Counted from the first letter of the stretch, positions 11,174-21,544 are shown. The stretch: 64,000 bases of DNA from a candidate division FCPU426 bacterium (GCA_040756875.1 JBFLYH010000001.1:160001-224000), one strand, 5' to 3'. Made by a program: numbers and translations. Notes: generated from the sequence alone by a model not told the origin.

Positions 11174-11734
11174 ATGCCCAAACCAGGCGGATATCGGAAG
11201 GCGGCAGTGGCGGTCATTCTGGGCGGATTATTGGCCGCCGGTTGCGCTACCCGGCCCGAATCAGGCCCTGCGGCGGCCACGGAGGTGAGCGGCATGAAGA
11301 TCAGCAGTCCTGCTTTCCAGACAGGGCAGCCCATCCCTGCCCGTTATACCTGCGACGGCGAAGACCTTTCTCCGGCACTGTCCTGGTCCGGTGTTCCGGC
11401 CGGCGCCAAAAGCCTGGCCATGATTTGCGAAGACCCGGATGCGCCCATGGGCACCTGGGTTCACTGGATTGTCATCAATATCCTGCCGGCTGCTTCCGGC
11501 ATTCCGGAGAGCGGCCCCTTGCCTGCCGGCGCGGTGGAAGTGAAGAATAGTTTCGGCAAAACCGCTTACGGCGGTCCCTGTCCCCCCGGAGGGACCCACC
11601 GCTATTTTTTCAGGTTGTATGCCCTCGACACGGAACGTCTCGATACGCTGACCCTGGCCAATTACCGCACCCAGCTTCAGCCGCACATTCTGGCGCAGGC
11701 AGAATGGATGGGAACCTACCGCAGAAACCGTTGA
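11174..11734 (+). CDS. YbhB/YbcL (PEBP/Raf kinase inhibitor-like) lipoprotein
   Basis: Lipobox LAAGC; YTCDGEDLSP, EDPDAPMGTWVHW, YGGPCPPGGTHRYFF. Confidence 0.9.
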   Translation: MPKPGGYRKAAVAVILGGLLAAGCATRPESGPAAATEVSGMKISSPAFQTGQPIPARYTCDGEDLSPALSWSGVPAGAKSLAMICEDPDAPMGTWVHWIVINILPAASGIPESGPLPAGAVEVKNSFGKTAYGGPCPPGGTHRYFFRLYALDTERLDTLTLANYRTQLQPHILAQAEWMGTYRRNR

Positions 11735-11959
11735 TCTTGGCCGGTTTTTTATAACCCGCTGTTTTCCCGCTTAGGCCAGAACTTTCCCTCCCTCCGAAGG
11801 TCTAAGAGAATGTGCAATGGACATTCTCGAGGGGTATGATCATGCTTTTAAAACCGCTTCCACCCTAACAGCGCTTTCGATCCTGGCAAGTACATTTTGA
11901 TTGTGTTCAATGGGTGCGATGGATAGAATATATCCACTTTGGCCAAGGAGGCAGCTAAA

Positions 11960-12481
11960 ATGAAAAAAATCGTGATCGGGTTGATGGCAGGAATGGTTCT
12001 GATGGGGCTGGCGGTCGGCTCGCAAGCAAGGGTGACGGAAAAAGTCGAAGCCATGATCGCGGAAAACACCCCTCTGAAAGTCAATGACACGGATTTGTGG
12101 ATTCAAGTCGGTTATCCGCTGCTGGTGGGACTGCAGTACGACAAATATGCGACCGGCAATCTGGTTTTGGGCGGAGGCGCCGGTTCCTATCTGAACGGCT
12201 TTTCCCTGGATTTATCCGTGAAATACCTCTTTTTAACCGGAAAATTTTCGCCTTTCATCGCGGCCGGCCCGGTGCTGTACTACACGGATCCCAATAAAAA
12301 CCTCTTCGGGATTTATGGGACCGCCGGGCTGGGTTATTTCTTCGACAGTGGTTTGGGGCTTTCCCTGGGCGTGACCTTTGTGCGCGCCATTACCGAGAGC
12401 GCCCAACCGTGGAGCTATCCCTGGGTGAATGACAAGCTGAGCCAGGCGTCGGCGCAGTTCGGCTTTCATTGGAATTACTAA
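11960..12481 (+). CDS. Putative small outer-membrane beta-barrel protein
   Basis: Signal peptide, alternating amphipathic strands, C-terminal QFGFHWNY aromatic ending; AAGGAGG RBS. Confidence 0.65.
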   Translation: MKKIVIGLMAGMVLMGLAVGSQARVTEKVEAMIAENTPLKVNDTDLWIQVGYPLLVGLQYDKYATGNLVLGGGAGSYLNGFSLDLSVKYLFLTGKFSPFIAAGPVLYYTDPNKNLFGIYGTAGLGYFFDSGLGLSLGVTFVRAITESAQPWSYPWVNDKLSQASAQFGFHWNY

Positions 12482-12519
12482 ATCGTCCGCCGAGACAAAA
12501 CTCAAAGGAGGGATTGGCA

Positions 12520-13122
12520 ATGAGAAAATGGTGGTGGGTAGGCGCGGTGGTTCTGAGCGCGGGCCTGTTGGCCGGCTGCGGCATGGAGGTCAAGCGGATT
12601 TCGCCGGACGAGGTCGTGGACCTGTCCGGACGCTGGAACGACACGGACTCCAAGCTGGTGGCCGAGGAAATGGTGAAGGAAGCTCTGGCCAGGCCTTGGC
12701 TTTCCAAGTATATGAAAGCCCACGGCGGCAATGAGCCCAAAGTGATCGTCGGGACCATTGCCAACAAGAGCGACGAGCATATCGCCATCGATACGTTCGT
12801 CAAGGACATCGAGCGCGAGCTGACCAACTCCGGCATGGTGCAATTCGTCGCCACCAAGAGCGAGCGCGAGGAGATCCGCGAAGAACGCGAAGACCAGCAG
12901 ACCTGGTCCTCACAGGACACCCGCAAGGAAATGTACGACGAAACCGGCGCGGATTATATGATGAAGGGCGTCATCTCCAAAATCACGGATTCGCGCGACA
13001 GCAAGGCGACCTTCTATTACCAGGTCGACATGGAGCTGGTTGACCTGCAGAAGAACCTGAAGGTATGGTTCGGCAACAAGCAGATTAAAAAGTACATCAA
13101 ACGCCCGGGCGCCCGCTTCTAA
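12520..13122 (+). CDS. LpoB/CsgG-like lipoprotein (PBP activator family)
   Basis: Lipobox LLAGC; DLSGRWNDTD, IANKSDEHI, GADYMMKGVI, YYQVDMEL. Confidence 0.8.
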   Translation: MRKWWWVGAVVLSAGLLAGCGMEVKRISPDEVVDLSGRWNDTDSKLVAEEMVKEALARPWLSKYMKAHGGNEPKVIVGTIANKSDEHIAIDTFVKDIERELTNSGMVQFVATKSEREEIREEREDQQTWSSQDTRKEMYDETGADYMMKGVISKITDSRDSKATFYYQVDMELVDLQKNLKVWFGNKQIKKYIKRPGARF

Positions 13123-13143
13123 CCGGCCCCCGCAGCGTTTCTC

Positions 13144-14571
13144 ATGACGAGCCGCCGGCCGTTGCCCATCCTGGACGCGTCCCGAACCGGAGCCGAATCC
13201 GGCCCGGTTCGGGGCGTTTCCCCTGCCTTCACCCCCGCTCCGGGCAAACGGACCGCGGTTCTGGCTTTTGTCGTGCTCTCCGCCTGGCTGCTGACGGGGT
13301 GCGGCGGGGTGCGCGTGGCCAAACAAGTTGCGGCTGACGCGGCGGCGGGGAATTACGGCGCGGCGCTGCAATTGATGGAAAAAGAAAAACAGCAGTATTC
13401 CGGCCCCAATAACCTCCTGTATTACATGGATAAAGGCTCCCTCCTGCAACGCGTCGGCCAATACGGGGACAGCACCCAGGAACTGGAGGAGGCCGAGCGC
13501 CTGGTGGAGGAGTTGTACGGCACGAGCGTCAGCGAAGCCGCGGCCTCCATGTTGGTCAATGACATGAGCCTTTCCTACACCGGCGAAGACTTCGAACAGG
13601 TTATGATCAACGCCCTGAAGGCGCTCAACTTCCTGTATATCAACGATCTGGAAGGCGCCGGCGTGGAGGCGCGGAAAGTCAACACCCTGCTGCTCAAACT
13701 GGCGGACAAATACGGCAACGACGCCGTTTACCAGCAGGATGCTTTTGCCCGCTACCTGGCCGCTTTCGCGTATGAGGCCGGCCGGGACTACAACAACGCC
13801 TACATTGATTATAAGAAAGCCTACGAAGGATTCCAGTGGTACGAGAAGCATTTCGGCATGCCCATGCCCGCGTTGATCAAGTCGGATCTGTTGAGGCTGT
13901 CCCACCGGCTGAGGTTCGACGACGAATACCAGCGGTGGCGGGGCGTATTCGGCCCGGATGTTCCGGAGCCGGGCTCCAGGCCTAGGAAACAGGGCGAAAT
14001 CCTGCTGGTGGTTTACGACGGGCTCATCCCGGCCAAGGAAACCCGGTACGTGGCCACGGAGATCACGGATCCGGACGGCCACCCTTATGCGCTCAAGGTG
14101 GCGTTCCCGATTTTCCGTCCCCGGCCCAACATAGTGGAGCGCGTGCGCGTGGGGCTGGAGGACGGCAGCACGGTTGACAGCGAATTGATGGAACCCCTGG
14201 ACGCCATCGCCTACCAGAACCTCGAACAGCGCATCGGCCTGATTTCAGCCAAGGCGATCGCGCGGGCCACGGCCAAGTACATCGCCTCCTTCCAGGCCCG
14301 CAAAGCCGCGCGGGCCGGGAGCGAAGGCGCCGGCATGCTGGTGGGCTTGGCGGCCAATGTCTTCACCTGGGCCACGGAACAGGCGGACACCCGTTCCTGG
14401 CGCACGTTGCCAAACCGTTTCCACGTGTTGCGCCTGCCGTTGCCGGCCGGCGAACACCAGCTGGAAGTCCGCTTGAAAACCATTTATGGCGACGTCCGCG
14501 CTCTGCCGCCTTTGACGGTGAAATTGAAAAAGGGCGAAAAAAAAGTCATCCCGCTCTACGTTCCGCGCTGA
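13144..14571 (+). CDS. COG3014-like TPR lipoprotein (start uncertain)
   Basis: Lipobox LLTGC; YTGEDFE, VEARK, EQADTRSWRTLP; directly after the lpoB-like gene. Confidence 0.75.
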   Translation: MTSRRPLPILDASRTGAESGPVRGVSPAFTPAPGKRTAVLAFVVLSAWLLTGCGGVRVAKQVAADAAAGNYGAALQLMEKEKQQYSGPNNLLYYMDKGSLLQRVGQYGDSTQELEEAERLVEELYGTSVSEAAASMLVNDMSLSYTGEDFEQVMINALKALNFLYINDLEGAGVEARKVNTLLLKLADKYGNDAVYQQDAFARYLAAFAYEAGRDYNNAYIDYKKAYEGFQWYEKHFGMPMPALIKSDLLRLSHRLRFDDEYQRWRGVFGPDVPEPGSRPRKQGEILLVVYDGLIPAKETRYVATEITDPDGHPYALKVAFPIFRPRPNIVERVRVGLEDGSTVDSELMEPLDAIAYQNLEQRIGLISAKAIARATAKYIASFQARKAARAGSEGAGMLVGLAANVFTWATEQADTRSWRTLPNRFHVLRLPLPAGEHQLEVRLKTIYGDVRALPPLTVKLKKGEKKVIPLYVPR

Positions 14572-14669
14572 TAACCGAAACCCCGGCGGAAAAACGGGGT
14601 CAAAAGAGATGTAGCATACCGGTCCGTTTGCATGCAGGGAACGGGCGGCACTTGAAAGGAGCAATAGCC

Positions 14670-15545
14670 TTGTCGCGCACGGCCTTGGAAATTCCCGGAT
14701 TGAAACTCGTCAAACAAGGAAAGGTGAGGGATATTTACGACGCGGGGGAGGATTTGCTGCTGGTGGCCTCGGACCGCGTCTCCGCTTTCGATGTGGTCTT
14801 GCCCACGCTGATCCCGGGCAAGGGCGAGGTCCTGACGCAGTTGTCCTGTTTCTGGTTCGACCGCTTTTCCGGTCTGGTGCCCAACCACCTTTCGCCCCGT
14901 CCGCTCTCCGAACTGATCAAGGACGCCTCGGTTTATCAGGCTTTGGAACGCCGGACGATGCGCGTGAAAAAAGCCCAGCCGCTCGGGGTCGAGGCCATTG
15001 TCCGGGGGTATCTCTCCGGTTCCGGGTGGCAGGAGTATAAAAAGTCGGGAACTGTATGCGGCGTGAAGCTGCCGCAGGGATTGCGGGAATCCGATCCTCT
15101 GCCCGAACCAATTTTCACGCCTTCCACCAAGGCGGAGATCGGCCTGCACGACGAGAACATCTCTTTTGAAAAAGCCGCGGACATCGTCGGCCGGTCCGTG
15201 GCGGAACAAGTCCGCGATCTCAGCCTGCGCATTTACCGCGCAGCCGCGGAATACGCCCGGACGCGGAACATCATCATCGCAGACACCAAATTCGAGTTCG
15301 GACTCATCGGCGGCACCCTGGTGCTCATCGATGAAGTCCTCACCCCTGATTCCTCGCGTTTCTGGCCGCTGGCCCAATACCAACCCGGCCAGGGGCAGCC
15401 TTCGCTGGACAAGCAATACGTCCGGGACTGGCTGTTGGCCTCAGGCTGGGACAAAACGCCTCCCGGCCCCGAACTGCCCGAAACGGTCGTGCGCAATACC
15501 GCGCAGAAATATAATGAAATTCTTCAAATACTGACCAGGATTTGA
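14670..15545 (+). CDS. purC: SAICAR synthetase
   Basis: GKVRDIY, SDRVSAFD, FTPSTKA, IIADTKFEFG, DEVLTPDSSRFW; TTG start after AAAGGAG. Confidence 0.97.
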   Translation: MSRTALEIPGLKLVKQGKVRDIYDAGEDLLLVASDRVSAFDVVLPTLIPGKGEVLTQLSCFWFDRFSGLVPNHLSPRPLSELIKDASVYQALERRTMRVKKAQPLGVEAIVRGYLSGSGWQEYKKSGTVCGVKLPQGLRESDPLPEPIFTPSTKAEIGLHDENISFEKAADIVGRSVAEQVRDLSLRIYRAAAEYARTRNIIIADTKFEFGLIGGTLVLIDEVLTPDSSRFWPLAQYQPGQGQPSLDKQYVRDWLLASGWDKTPPGPELPETVVRNTAQKYNEILQILTRI

Positions 15546-15582
15546 GGGGAATAAACAGCCTGGCAAGGGAGGGCAAGTCGTC

Positions 15583-16374
15583 ATGCGCAAACGTTGGATT
15601 TCGTACCTGGTGGTGGCAGTCGCGGCGGGGATGGCTTTCACCGTTTGGGCCAAACCCCGGATTTACAAATGGGTGAAGGACAAACGGGTCTCCTCGGAAC
15701 TGGTGCTGCAGCGGTCGCAGTTCCAGCGGGTGGTGCCGGTGACCGAAGGCCAAACCCAGGAATTGGTCAAACAGGTCATGACCGATGATCTCTACCTGGC
15801 CCTGGCCCAATACCACACCACCAAGCACCAGCAGGACGCGGAGACCACGGTGGACTCAGCGCTGCCTGAAGAGGTGGTCAAGCAGGCCACTGTCGATCTG
15901 ATCGATGAGGACTACCGTTTCGTGCTGGAAGTCCAGTTGAAAAAATTCGGCAGCCGCACGCGCGTGACCGCCAAAGCCTGGCCGGTTTACCGCCTTCGGG
16001 ACCTAGAAGCCGAGGACGCCAGGGACGAAGACAACACGGCTGGCAACAGCATCGAGGTGAAAGTCCGGGCCGACCAGGGCAACGCGGTGGCTTTGGGGCC
16101 CATGGTGATTGCGCCGATCCTGGGCATCCCGGGCGATTATGGCATCACCCCACTGCCCGACGGAGCGGAGCGGGCCGCGGAACTGGTCCGCTCGTTCATG
16201 TACCTGCTGGACAGGCGGGTTTCGCAGGCCCGTCCCCGCGTCAGCCAGCCGGTGCAGCCGGTGTCGGCAGGGGAAGCGGACCAGGCGCAAGGCGATTCGG
16301 CTCCTGCGACGCAGATCGGATCGGAATCGGCCGGTTCTGGCACGGAAGTGGATATCAAAATGCAGAGCCGATAA
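15583..16374 (+). CDS. Hypothetical exported or membrane-anchored protein
   Basis: 263 aa ORF, GGGAGG RBS, N-terminal hydrophobic segment, typical codon bias. Confidence 0.7.
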   Translation: MRKRWISYLVVAVAAGMAFTVWAKPRIYKWVKDKRVSSELVLQRSQFQRVVPVTEGQTQELVKQVMTDDLYLALAQYHTTKHQQDAETTVDSALPEEVVKQATVDLIDEDYRFVLEVQLKKFGSRTRVTAKAWPVYRLRDLEAEDARDEDNTAGNSIEVKVRADQGNAVALGPMVIAPILGIPGDYGITPLPDGAERAAELVRSFMYLLDRRVSQARPRVSQPVQPVSAGEADQAQGDSAPATQIGSESAGSGTEVDIKMQSR

Positions 16375-16384
16375 AGACGGCAGG

Positions 16385-16430
16385 AAATAAAAAACCGGAG
16401 GCCGGTGAACCGGCCTCCGGTTTTTTATTT
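16385..16430. terminator. Bidirectional intrinsic terminator
   Basis: AAATAAAAAACCGGAGGCCGG-TGAA-CCGGCCTCCGGTTTTTTATTT between convergent genes. Confidence 0.92.
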
Positions 16431-16439
16431 TCCAGAACC

Positions 16440-16781
16440 TCAGCCGATGGCGGCCTTGCCTTTCTCCCGCGTGCGGATCCGGTAGCATTCCAGAAGATCC
16501 AGCACGAAGATCTTGCCGTCGCCGATGGTGTCCGTGCCCGCTGCGTCCATGATAGTGTCAATGGTGGTCTTTAGAAAGTCGTCATTGACCGCGATCTCCA
16601 GGCGGACTTTTTTCAGCAGGTTGACGCTCATTTTAACGCCGCGGTAGCTTTCCTCGTAGCCCATTTGCTGGCCGCATCCCAGGGCGTTGGTGACCGACAT
16701 TTTACCGACGCCGGCGGCCGCCAAGGCGTCCTTTACTTCCGTTAAACGGTGCGGTTGGATGTACGCAATGACCAGTTTCAT
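16440..16781 (-). CDS. glnK: P-II nitrogen regulatory protein
   Basis: YRG T-loop, [20 protein letters not shown]; co-transcribed with amtB. Confidence 0.9.
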   Translation of the reverse strand: MKLVIAYIQPHRLTEVKDALAAAGVGKMSVTNALGCGQQMGYEESYRGVKMSVNLLKKVRLEIAVNDDFLKTTIDTIMDAAGTDTIGDGKIFVLDLLECYRIRTREKGKAAIG

Positions 16782-16794
16782 CGTCGTGTTCCTC

Positions 16795-18210
16795 CTATTC
16801 AGTACTGAAAATCTGGAAGCCGGCGTAGGATTCCGCGCCGTGCTCCGTGATGTCCAGGCCCCGCAGTTCCTCTTCCTTGCTGACCCGCAGACCGATGGTG
16901 GCCTTGAGGATGCCGAAGAGCACCAGTCCGCAAGCCAGCGTCCACCCCAGGACCGAAGCGACGCCGATGAACTGGGTCTTCAGCAGTGCCAGGCCGCCGC
17001 CGTCCAGCAATCCCGAGACGCCGCCGAAATCCTTGGCTGCGAAAACCCCGACCATCAGGGTGCCGAACATGCCGCACACGCCGTGCACGCTGATGGCGCC
17101 GACCGGATCATCAATGCGCAGGACCTTGTCAATGAATTCCACCGAGAACACCACTAGCATGCCGGCCAGGAATCCAATCATCACCGCCCCGCCGGGCGAA
17201 ACGTTATTGCAACCCGCGGTGATGGCAACCAGGCCGGCCAGCGCGCCGTTGAGGGTCATGGAGGTGTCGGGTTTTCCGTTCTTGAACCAAACGGTGAACA
17301 TGGCGCCCAGGGTCCCGGCTGCAGCCGCCAGGTTGGTCGTGACCGCGATCAGCCCCGTATTCATGGTAGCGGCCGTGGTGCTGCCCGGGTTGAACCCGAA
17401 CCATCCGAACCAGAGGATGAAGACGCCCAGGGCGGCCAACGGAATGTTGTGGCCCATGATGGCTTTGGATTCGCCCTTGGGCCCGTATTTGCCCAAGCGG
17501 GGTCCGAGCAGCACAGCGCCGGTCAGCGCCATCCAGCCGCCGACCGAATGCACCACCGTAGATCCGGCAAAGTCGATCATGGGCGTAGAGAGCTTGCTCA
17601 GCCAGCCTCCCCCCCAAATCCAGTGGCCGACCACCGGATAAATCACCAAGCTGATGACCGCGCTGTAGACGAGATAAGTAGTGAACTTGGTCCTCTCGGC
17701 CATGGCGCCGGAAACGATCGTGGCGGCCGTGGCGGCAAATACGACTTGGAACATCCAGAAGGCATATTGCCACAGGCCGTCTTTGCCCGCGGTGTTGCCC
17801 GAGGAGAGAAACCAGCCGCTGGTGCCGAAAAGCCCCAGCTTGTCCGCGCCGAACATGATACCGTAGCCGATGGCGAAGAAAGCCAGGGACCCGATGGCGA
17901 AATCCAGGAGGTTCTTCATCATGATGTTGCCTGCGTTTTTAGCGCGGGTCAGTCCTCCTTCCACCATGGCAAATCCGGCTTGCATGAAGAAGACCAGGAA
18001 GGCAGCGACCAGAATCCAGACCCAGTTTGCCGAATCCTGGGCCGTGGCGGCCGCGGTTGAGGCCGAGTCGATTTTGGCGGCCAGCTCATCCATCGGCGCA
18101 ACGACCGCCGGAGCCGCAGAGGAGACGACTTCCTCCGCCCAGACCGGCCCTGCGGCCATCAAACCGGTCAGGAGCATTGTGAAGATGAGAAGTTTCTTGG
18201 GGAACGACAT
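16795..18210 (-). CDS. amtB: Ammonium transporter
   Basis: [54 protein letters not shown] before ATG 18210. Confidence 0.97.
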   Translation of the reverse strand: MSFPKKLLIFTMLLTGLMAAGPVWAEEVVSSAAPAVVAPMDELAAKIDSASTAAATAQDSANWVWILVAAFLVFFMQAGFAMVEGGLTRAKNAGNIMMKNLLDFAIGSLAFFAIGYGIMFGADKLGLFGTSGWFLSSGNTAGKDGLWQYAFWMFQVVFAATAATIVSGAMAERTKFTTYLVYSAVISLVIYPVVGHWIWGGGWLSKLSTPMIDFAGSTVVHSVGGWMALTGAVLLGPRLGKYGPKGESKAIMGHNIPLAALGVFILWFGWFGFNPGSTTAATMNTGLIAVTTNLAAAAGTLGAMFTVWFKNGKPDTSMTLNGALAGLVAITAGCNNVSPGGAVMIGFLAGMLVVFSVEFIDKVLRIDDPVGAISVHGVCGMFGTLMVGVFAAKDFGGVSGLLDGGGLALLKTQFIGVASVLGWTLACGLVLFGILKATIGLRVSKEEELRGLDITEHGAESYAGFQIFSTE

Positions 18211-18229
18211 GACATTCACCTCCGTCGAG

Positions 18230-18985
18230 TTAGAAGCTGAAGCTGGCTTTTAAAACCGCAACTACGTAGCTGGTTTCGTCGCGTGCTGTTTGAATCTCCG
18301 AATCCAGCAAAGCAATATAGGAGACGCTGGGCGTGAGCGTGACCGGATCCAGGCCCAACGGCAGAGCCAGCGTGGCCACCAGGTCCACGGGCGCCGCTTT
18401 GTCCAACCCGAAGTAAAAGCGGTTGTAGGAGCCGCTCCCATAGCCGGCGGTCAGGCCCAGGTCCACGCTTTTCAAAGGCGCCAATTCGAGCCCGAAGCTA
18501 TGGGCCAAGGCGAGCAGGAAATACGATCCCTTGACTTCGTCCACATCGCTGTACACCGTGAGGCTGGGTTTGGCCGGAACGTCGGCGGCCACGCCCAGGA
18601 ACAACTCGTGGGTGGTTGAACCGATGCCCGGGAAGACGTAGGAAATGACGCCACCCGTGACTGAGAGCGGTCCGAAACCATAGCTTTCACTGAGGGTCAG
18701 ATCGAGTTCCGTGAATTCGCCGGAACGGTTGCCGTAGCCTGCTTCTTCGCCGTATCCGGTGAGGTCCATATTGCCCCACAGATTGAAACTCAACCCGTAG
18801 GGCATGGGCACTGTCAGGGACGGTTGCAGGACGGCTTCCTTGTTGGCTTCGATCCCGCGCCAAACATACTTGCTGACAACCGGTACATCCAAAGCAACAT
18901 CGGCCGCGGCAGCGGCGGTGGCCAAGGCAGAGGCCAACGCCCCGGCAACCAGCATGACGGTCACTCCTGAAAGTTTTCGGTACAT
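18230..18985 (-). CDS. TorF/TIGR02001-like outer-membrane beta-barrel (putative porin)
   Basis: Signal peptide, SKYVWRG, LQPS, ELDL, terminal Phe; first gene of the amtB-glnK operon. Confidence 0.75.
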   Translation of the reverse strand: MYRKLSGVTVMLVAGALASALATAAAAADVALDVPVVSKYVWRGIEANKEAVLQPSLTVPMPYGLSFNLWGNMDLTGYGEEAGYGNRSGEFTELDLTLSESYGFGPLSVTGGVISYVFPGIGSTTHELFLGVAADVPAKPSLTVYSDVDEVKGSYFLLALAHSFGLELAPLKSVDLGLTAGYGSGSYNRFYFGLDKAAPVDLVATLALPLGLDPVTLTPSVSYIALLDSEIQTARDETSYVVAVLKASFSF

Positions 18986-19046
18986 GATGAACACCTCCTG
19001 TTTTATTGGGAAAGACGCTTTCCCTTGATTTATAGGTAAAATCAAA

Positions 19047-19063
19047 TGCAGAAAGCGTGCCAA
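19047..19063 (-). promoter_or_regulatory. Sigma54 (-24/-12) promoter of porin-amtB-glnK
   Basis: Minus strand TTGGCACGCTTTCTGCA = GG-N10-GC, about 60 nt before the first start codon. Confidence 0.85.
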
Positions 19064-19152
19064 CGGTAAGAGAAGAGAAAATCCCTGTGTTTAAAGGAAA
19101 AACCGTCAGGAAAAGAAACGAGACAAATTACAAAAAGGATATTATAATAAAA

Positions 19153-19174
19153 ATAATTACAATAAAGTAATTAT
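19153..19174. promoter_or_regulatory. Candidate upstream activator sequence for a sigma54 enhancer-binding protein
   Basis: Perfect inverted repeat ATAATTAC-N6-GTAATTAT, 90-110 bp upstream of the -24 element in an AT-rich tract. Confidence 0.55.
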
Positions 19175-19194
19175 ATGTAAATAGTACGCAAGTG

Positions 19195-20412
19195 TTAGTC
19201 GAACTCGAAGTATAACTGCCCGAAATCAATGCCCCCGATCATTTTTTTCACGCTCTGGTAATCGTATTTAATCCGTTTGCGCGCGTCGGAAAGTTCGTGG
19301 CTGGAACTGCCGTTGCTGATCGCTACATCGGCTTCCAGGAAGGCGGCCAGTTCGTCCGCGGCCCTGACCAGGTGGCCGTCGCGGGGGTTGAAACGATCAT
19401 GGTTGTAGTGCTCGTTGATGTCGTCACAACTGATGCTTTCTCGGGTGCGGCCTTGATCTTCCACCAGATTCGAGAACTCGTGCTCGGTAAACAGACGCAT
19501 CTCTGCGTGCCATTCCGGCGGGAGCAGGCTATAGACCTCTTTATGCATCAATTCTTTTTCGTATTCCTTGATCAGGTCACTGAGGCCTGCGACCGATTTC
19601 TTGACCGGGGAAATGATGTCGCGGGTCAGAACTTCCGGCAGATCGTGGAACAGCCCCGTGAAGAAATTGTTGGAGCGGCGGCGCGGGCTCGCCTTGACCT
19701 GGAGGGAAAAGAGGTAAGCCAGGATTCCGACGAACAGCATGTGGCCCATGACCGACGTTTTGGGAATGCGGTGCAGGTTGGCCCAGCGGATTTGAAAACG
19801 GAGCTCTCCGCACAGGTTGATGAAGCGGGTCAGGAGCTTGTCCTTCTCCGGTTTGCCGGCCTCATGTTTCAGTGCCTGGATCCCCACCAGGTCTTGGTAC
19901 CGCTCCTGCTTGGAGTGGAGGTCTGCGGCGATATCTTCGATGTCGTAACTCGTGGGGTTTGCCTTCTGAATGATGTCGAATTCCCACTTGGTGGCGAAGA
20001 AGTGGGCGGCGTTCAGGATCCTTCGGTTGATGTTTTCTTCGGGCTGCGCGAAATAAGCCTGGAAGCGGGAACAAAATTCCGGGCCCAGAGGCTTCAGCGT
20101 ATTCTCGAGCACGCCGAAGACCCATTGGTTGAGAAGCCGGTATTTGGCGGCGTCGGCGCGGATGCGATGGAAAATCGGGGGCTTGATGTCCGTGACCACC
20201 ATACGTTGCAGAAGCTCGAAGATACCTCCCTCGATGATTTCGATCCAGTCGAACCCCGCATCTTTTTCCTGGAGTTTGCCCAGAATATAGGCGATGACCA
20301 TTTTGTGCGCCTGTTTGTCCAGTTCCACCAAATCCACGGGCCTGACTTTATCGTTCCACCGGAGCATATAGGCCGCGTCAAACAGCCGCAGCAGCAAATC
20401 TTTGGTCAACAT
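19195..20412 (-). CDS. HD-domain phosphohydrolase with tandem YfbR-like halves
   Basis: MLRWND...ELDKQAHKM and QIRWAN...SVMGH...GLFHDLPE...DIISPVK; AAGGAGG RBS. Confidence 0.85.
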   Translation of the reverse strand: MLTKDLLLRLFDAAYMLRWNDKVRPVDLVELDKQAHKMVIAYILGKLQEKDAGFDWIEIIEGGIFELLQRMVVTDIKPPIFHRIRADAAKYRLLNQWVFGVLENTLKPLGPEFCSRFQAYFAQPEENINRRILNAAHFFATKWEFDIIQKANPTSYDIEDIAADLHSKQERYQDLVGIQALKHEAGKPEKDKLLTRFINLCGELRFQIRWANLHRIPKTSVMGHMLFVGILAYLFSLQVKASPRRRSNNFFTGLFHDLPEVLTRDIISPVKKSVAGLSDLIKEYEKELMHKEVYSLLPPEWHAEMRLFTEHEFSNLVEDQGRTRESISCDDINEHYNHDRFNPRDGHLVRAADELAAFLEADVAISNGSSSHELSDARKRIKYDYQSVKKMIGGIDFGQLYFEFD

Positions 20413-20564
20413 GTGAACCTCCTTCGCCCGGGCGCGCTGGGCGGGTCTATCTTGGCAAAAGCGCCCGGCAGGTGCAATAGAAAAAGGGTTTTATTCCGGT
20501 GTCAAATCCCCGGGAATGGAGGTAGAATATTTTTCCGGATGGATGAGGTCAGAGGAGGTTTGAC

Positions 20565-21164
20565 GTGGAAGCATATGCCAAACCGGGATCTGCCACGGGA
20601 CGCACTTCGGCCTGGGGCGTGCAGCCGCTTATTCTTGACCGCTGGTCGCCTCGGGCGTTTCTCGACCGCCCGATTGCCGAGCGGGATCTGCTGGGGATTT
20701 TGGAGGCCGCGCATTGGGCGCCCTCCTGTTTCAACGAGCAACCCTGGCGGTTTATCGTGGCGAGGACGGAGAACGACCGCCGGCAACTCTCGGCCTGCCT
20801 GACACCGCAAAATCAGGTATGGGCAGGACGCGCGCCCGTGTTGTTGGTGGTCTTGTCCTCCCCGAATTTTACCGAAACCGGCAAGCCGAACCGCTGGCAT
20901 GCCTTCGATGCGGGCACGGCGTGGGGATATTTGGCCTTGGAGGCTTCAGCCCGCGGGTTGAACGCCCACGCCATGGGCGGATTCAGCCAGGATAAAATCA
21001 GAGCGCTCTACGGCGTGCCGGAAGGTTGGGGAATCCATGCGGTGGTGGCCGTGGGACACCACGGTCCCAAAGAATCGCTGCCTGAGGATTTGCGGGACCG
21101 GGAACTTCCCAGCGGACGGAAGCCTCTGAATGAGTGCTGGGCCGAAGCCAAGTTTGCTTTTTAA
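20565..21164 (+). CDS. Nitroreductase family protein
   Basis: RWSPRAF, AAHWAPSCFNEQPWRF, FDAGTAW, HAMGGF. Confidence 0.93.
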   Translation: MEAYAKPGSATGRTSAWGVQPLILDRWSPRAFLDRPIAERDLLGILEAAHWAPSCFNEQPWRFIVARTENDRRQLSACLTPQNQVWAGRAPVLLVVLSSPNFTETGKPNRWHAFDAGTAWGYLALEASARGLNAHAMGGFSQDKIRALYGVPEGWGIHAVVAVGHHGPKESLPEDLRDRELPSGRKPLNECWAEAKFAF

Positions 21165-21220
21165 ATTACGGGTTGGGTGCTGGGACGGTCGCGAGGCCAA
21201 TGCCGTGGGAACCCCCGACA

Positions 21221-21544
21221 TCAATCGGCGAGGGAATGCTCCAGGGCGGTTTGCAGTTTTTCCAGTTGATTAAGCCGGTCGGAAGGGATATACCCGTACA
21301 TGGAGAGCACCATGAGCTCCCAGCGGGATTTGGCGAGCGTATGGCGGCAGCGCGTACGATACAGACGGCCGTCGGAAGGACGGGAGCAACGCAGCCAACG
21401 GCGGTAATAGCGGATGACGCGGCTGATGAGTTGGAGCCATTCGCTGGTATATTCACGGGGTAGGGTACAGGCCGTGGCGCTGCATTGCTGCCACCAACGC
21501 TGGAGCAGGTGATCGGAAACGAACGGCGCGGAAACAGGCAGCAT
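21221..21544 (-). CDS. Hypothetical protein, weakly four-helix-bundle (IVP/TIGR02436)-like
   Basis: 107 aa from ATG 21544 after a G-rich RBS; C-terminus ELMVLSMYGYIPSDRLNQLEKLQTALE reads like the family's last two helices. Confidence 0.4.
   Translation of the reverse strand: MLPVSAPFVSDHLLQRWWQQCSATACTLPREYTSEWLQLISRVIRYYRRWLRCSRPSDGRLYRTRCRHTLAKSRWELMVLSMYGYIPSDRLNQLEKLQTALEHSLAD

Noticed and set aside
11790-11850. c-di-GMP-I riboswitch suggested by GGTCTAA and a hairpin
   Set aside because: The GAAA-tetraloop stem and GCAAA junction are missing.
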